Source of the DNA: Acanthaster planci
Taxonomy: Eukaryota
Assembly (NCBI RefSeq): GCF_001949145.1
Contig: NW_019091359.1
Span: 2,828,861 to 2,892,860, forward strand
DNA: 64,000 nucleotides
Reading direction: 5' to 3'
Part shown: positions 63,100 through 64,000 of the stretch, piece by piece
Layout: each line of letters starts with the position of its first letter
Position numbering within the stretch: position 1 is the first letter of the stretch
Notes under the pieces: generated by a model
Databases searched by the model: none
Seen by the model: the letters and a program-made list of their open reading frames with translations, nothing else
What the model was told of the DNA's origin: nothing
Translations under genes and position numbers: made by a program

Positions 63100-63172
63100 G
63101 TCAATTCCAAATTCAACAGCCGCTCAAGTAGAGGCCAACTTGCAGAAGATTTACACTGTTTCCACAGTTGAG
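63100..63172 (+). CDS. EIF4E3: eIF4E3 coding exon 2 (73 nt); the rest of the gene lies beyond the window
   Basis: Acceptor tcttgtccacag|G completes the Arg codon, then SIPNSTAAQVEANLQKIYTVSTVE, donor GAG|gtgaac. Matches the vertebrate eIF4E3 segment [24 protein letters not shown]. Confidence 0.93.
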
Positions 63173-64000
63173 GTGAACATGAACAATCTGACTTTCTCCA
63201 GATCAAGTGACTTCGACCAGCAACACTAACCCTTTTTATTTCACCATCGATTCTGTCTTAAAATATCTCCTGCTTTCTGATGGCCCCCAGCGATTTATTT
63301 AATTGGAGGGGACACAGGATATCCTTTTGCACCCTTTTCCCTTTCCTCATCTTGAACTAAACCAAAACTCTGCAATGTTCAGTGTATTTACTTTCAGCAC
63401 ACATTGAAAAATATTTGCACCCCCGGGTGCCCCCATCTAGAATATTCACCCCAGTTATGCCTCAAGTTGTACATTGCATGATGGTTTATGAGGAGTGTGT
63501 CTGTGGATTGGCGTCTTTTTTTTTTTGGCAGTGTTGTAGTCAAAGTCATAAGTTGATCACAAGTTGACGGGATTAACAGCAATGTGAGATCCCAATGACA
63601 TCAGTGGAATTGGTCCCAATTTGATGTGTACTTGGGTTAGTCCCAGTTACTATTGAGACTGTTCCAACTGCAACAAAGTCGTTGGGAAACCCTAACAATA
63701 GGGTACACCGTCATTGATAATTACCATCATTAAAAAAGTCAAGAAAAGTACAGCAAGAAAAGTACAGCTCTTCAAGATGTTTGAAACATGTCAAACCAAT
63801 TTATCTAAAGCGAATTTTTTCGCTGTTTTTCTGTTCAACATTTGGCAGTATACATGTAGGTGCATTGAGATGATGATCAAGGGGCTTAACTAGGATATGT
63901 TAGGGGATTCATTGGGAGGAATGAGTTAGGTGGCAATGGTGGTTGATTAACGATTGTACATTTTCTTATATTTTAGTAGTTGTATGTTGTACATTTACCC

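Overview
Eukaryotic animal genomic DNA (spliceosomal introns, AT-rich, gene-sparse). It is most likely from an invertebrate deuterostome such as an echinoderm, which is an inference from gene content and repeat types. Nearly all of the supplied ORF track is spurious. Four real genes are supported: (1) the terminal exon of a 10-Cys colipase-fold prokineticin/Dickkopf-like secreted protein (718-948, +); (2) an intronless-CDS SREB-family orphan GPCR, GPR27/GPR85/GPR173-like (45670-46950, -); (3) a 57-aa SMIM30 microprotein that the ORF track misses (60864-61037, -); (4) the first two coding exons of eIF4E3 (62055-62209, 63100-63172, +). The order and orientation PROK-like(+), SREB(-), SMIM30(-), eIF4E3(+) is the union of two human paralogous blocks, PROK2-GPR27-EIF4E3-FOXP1 and GPR85-SMIM30-...-FOXP2, so it looks like the intact pre-duplication cluster. 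The intergenic DNA holds several MITEs, a four-copy ~190-bp repeat, and a 256-bp near-perfect palindrome carrying two head-to-head minimal hammerhead ribozyme motifs (Penelope-like). No tRNA, rRNA or CRISPR array was seen.
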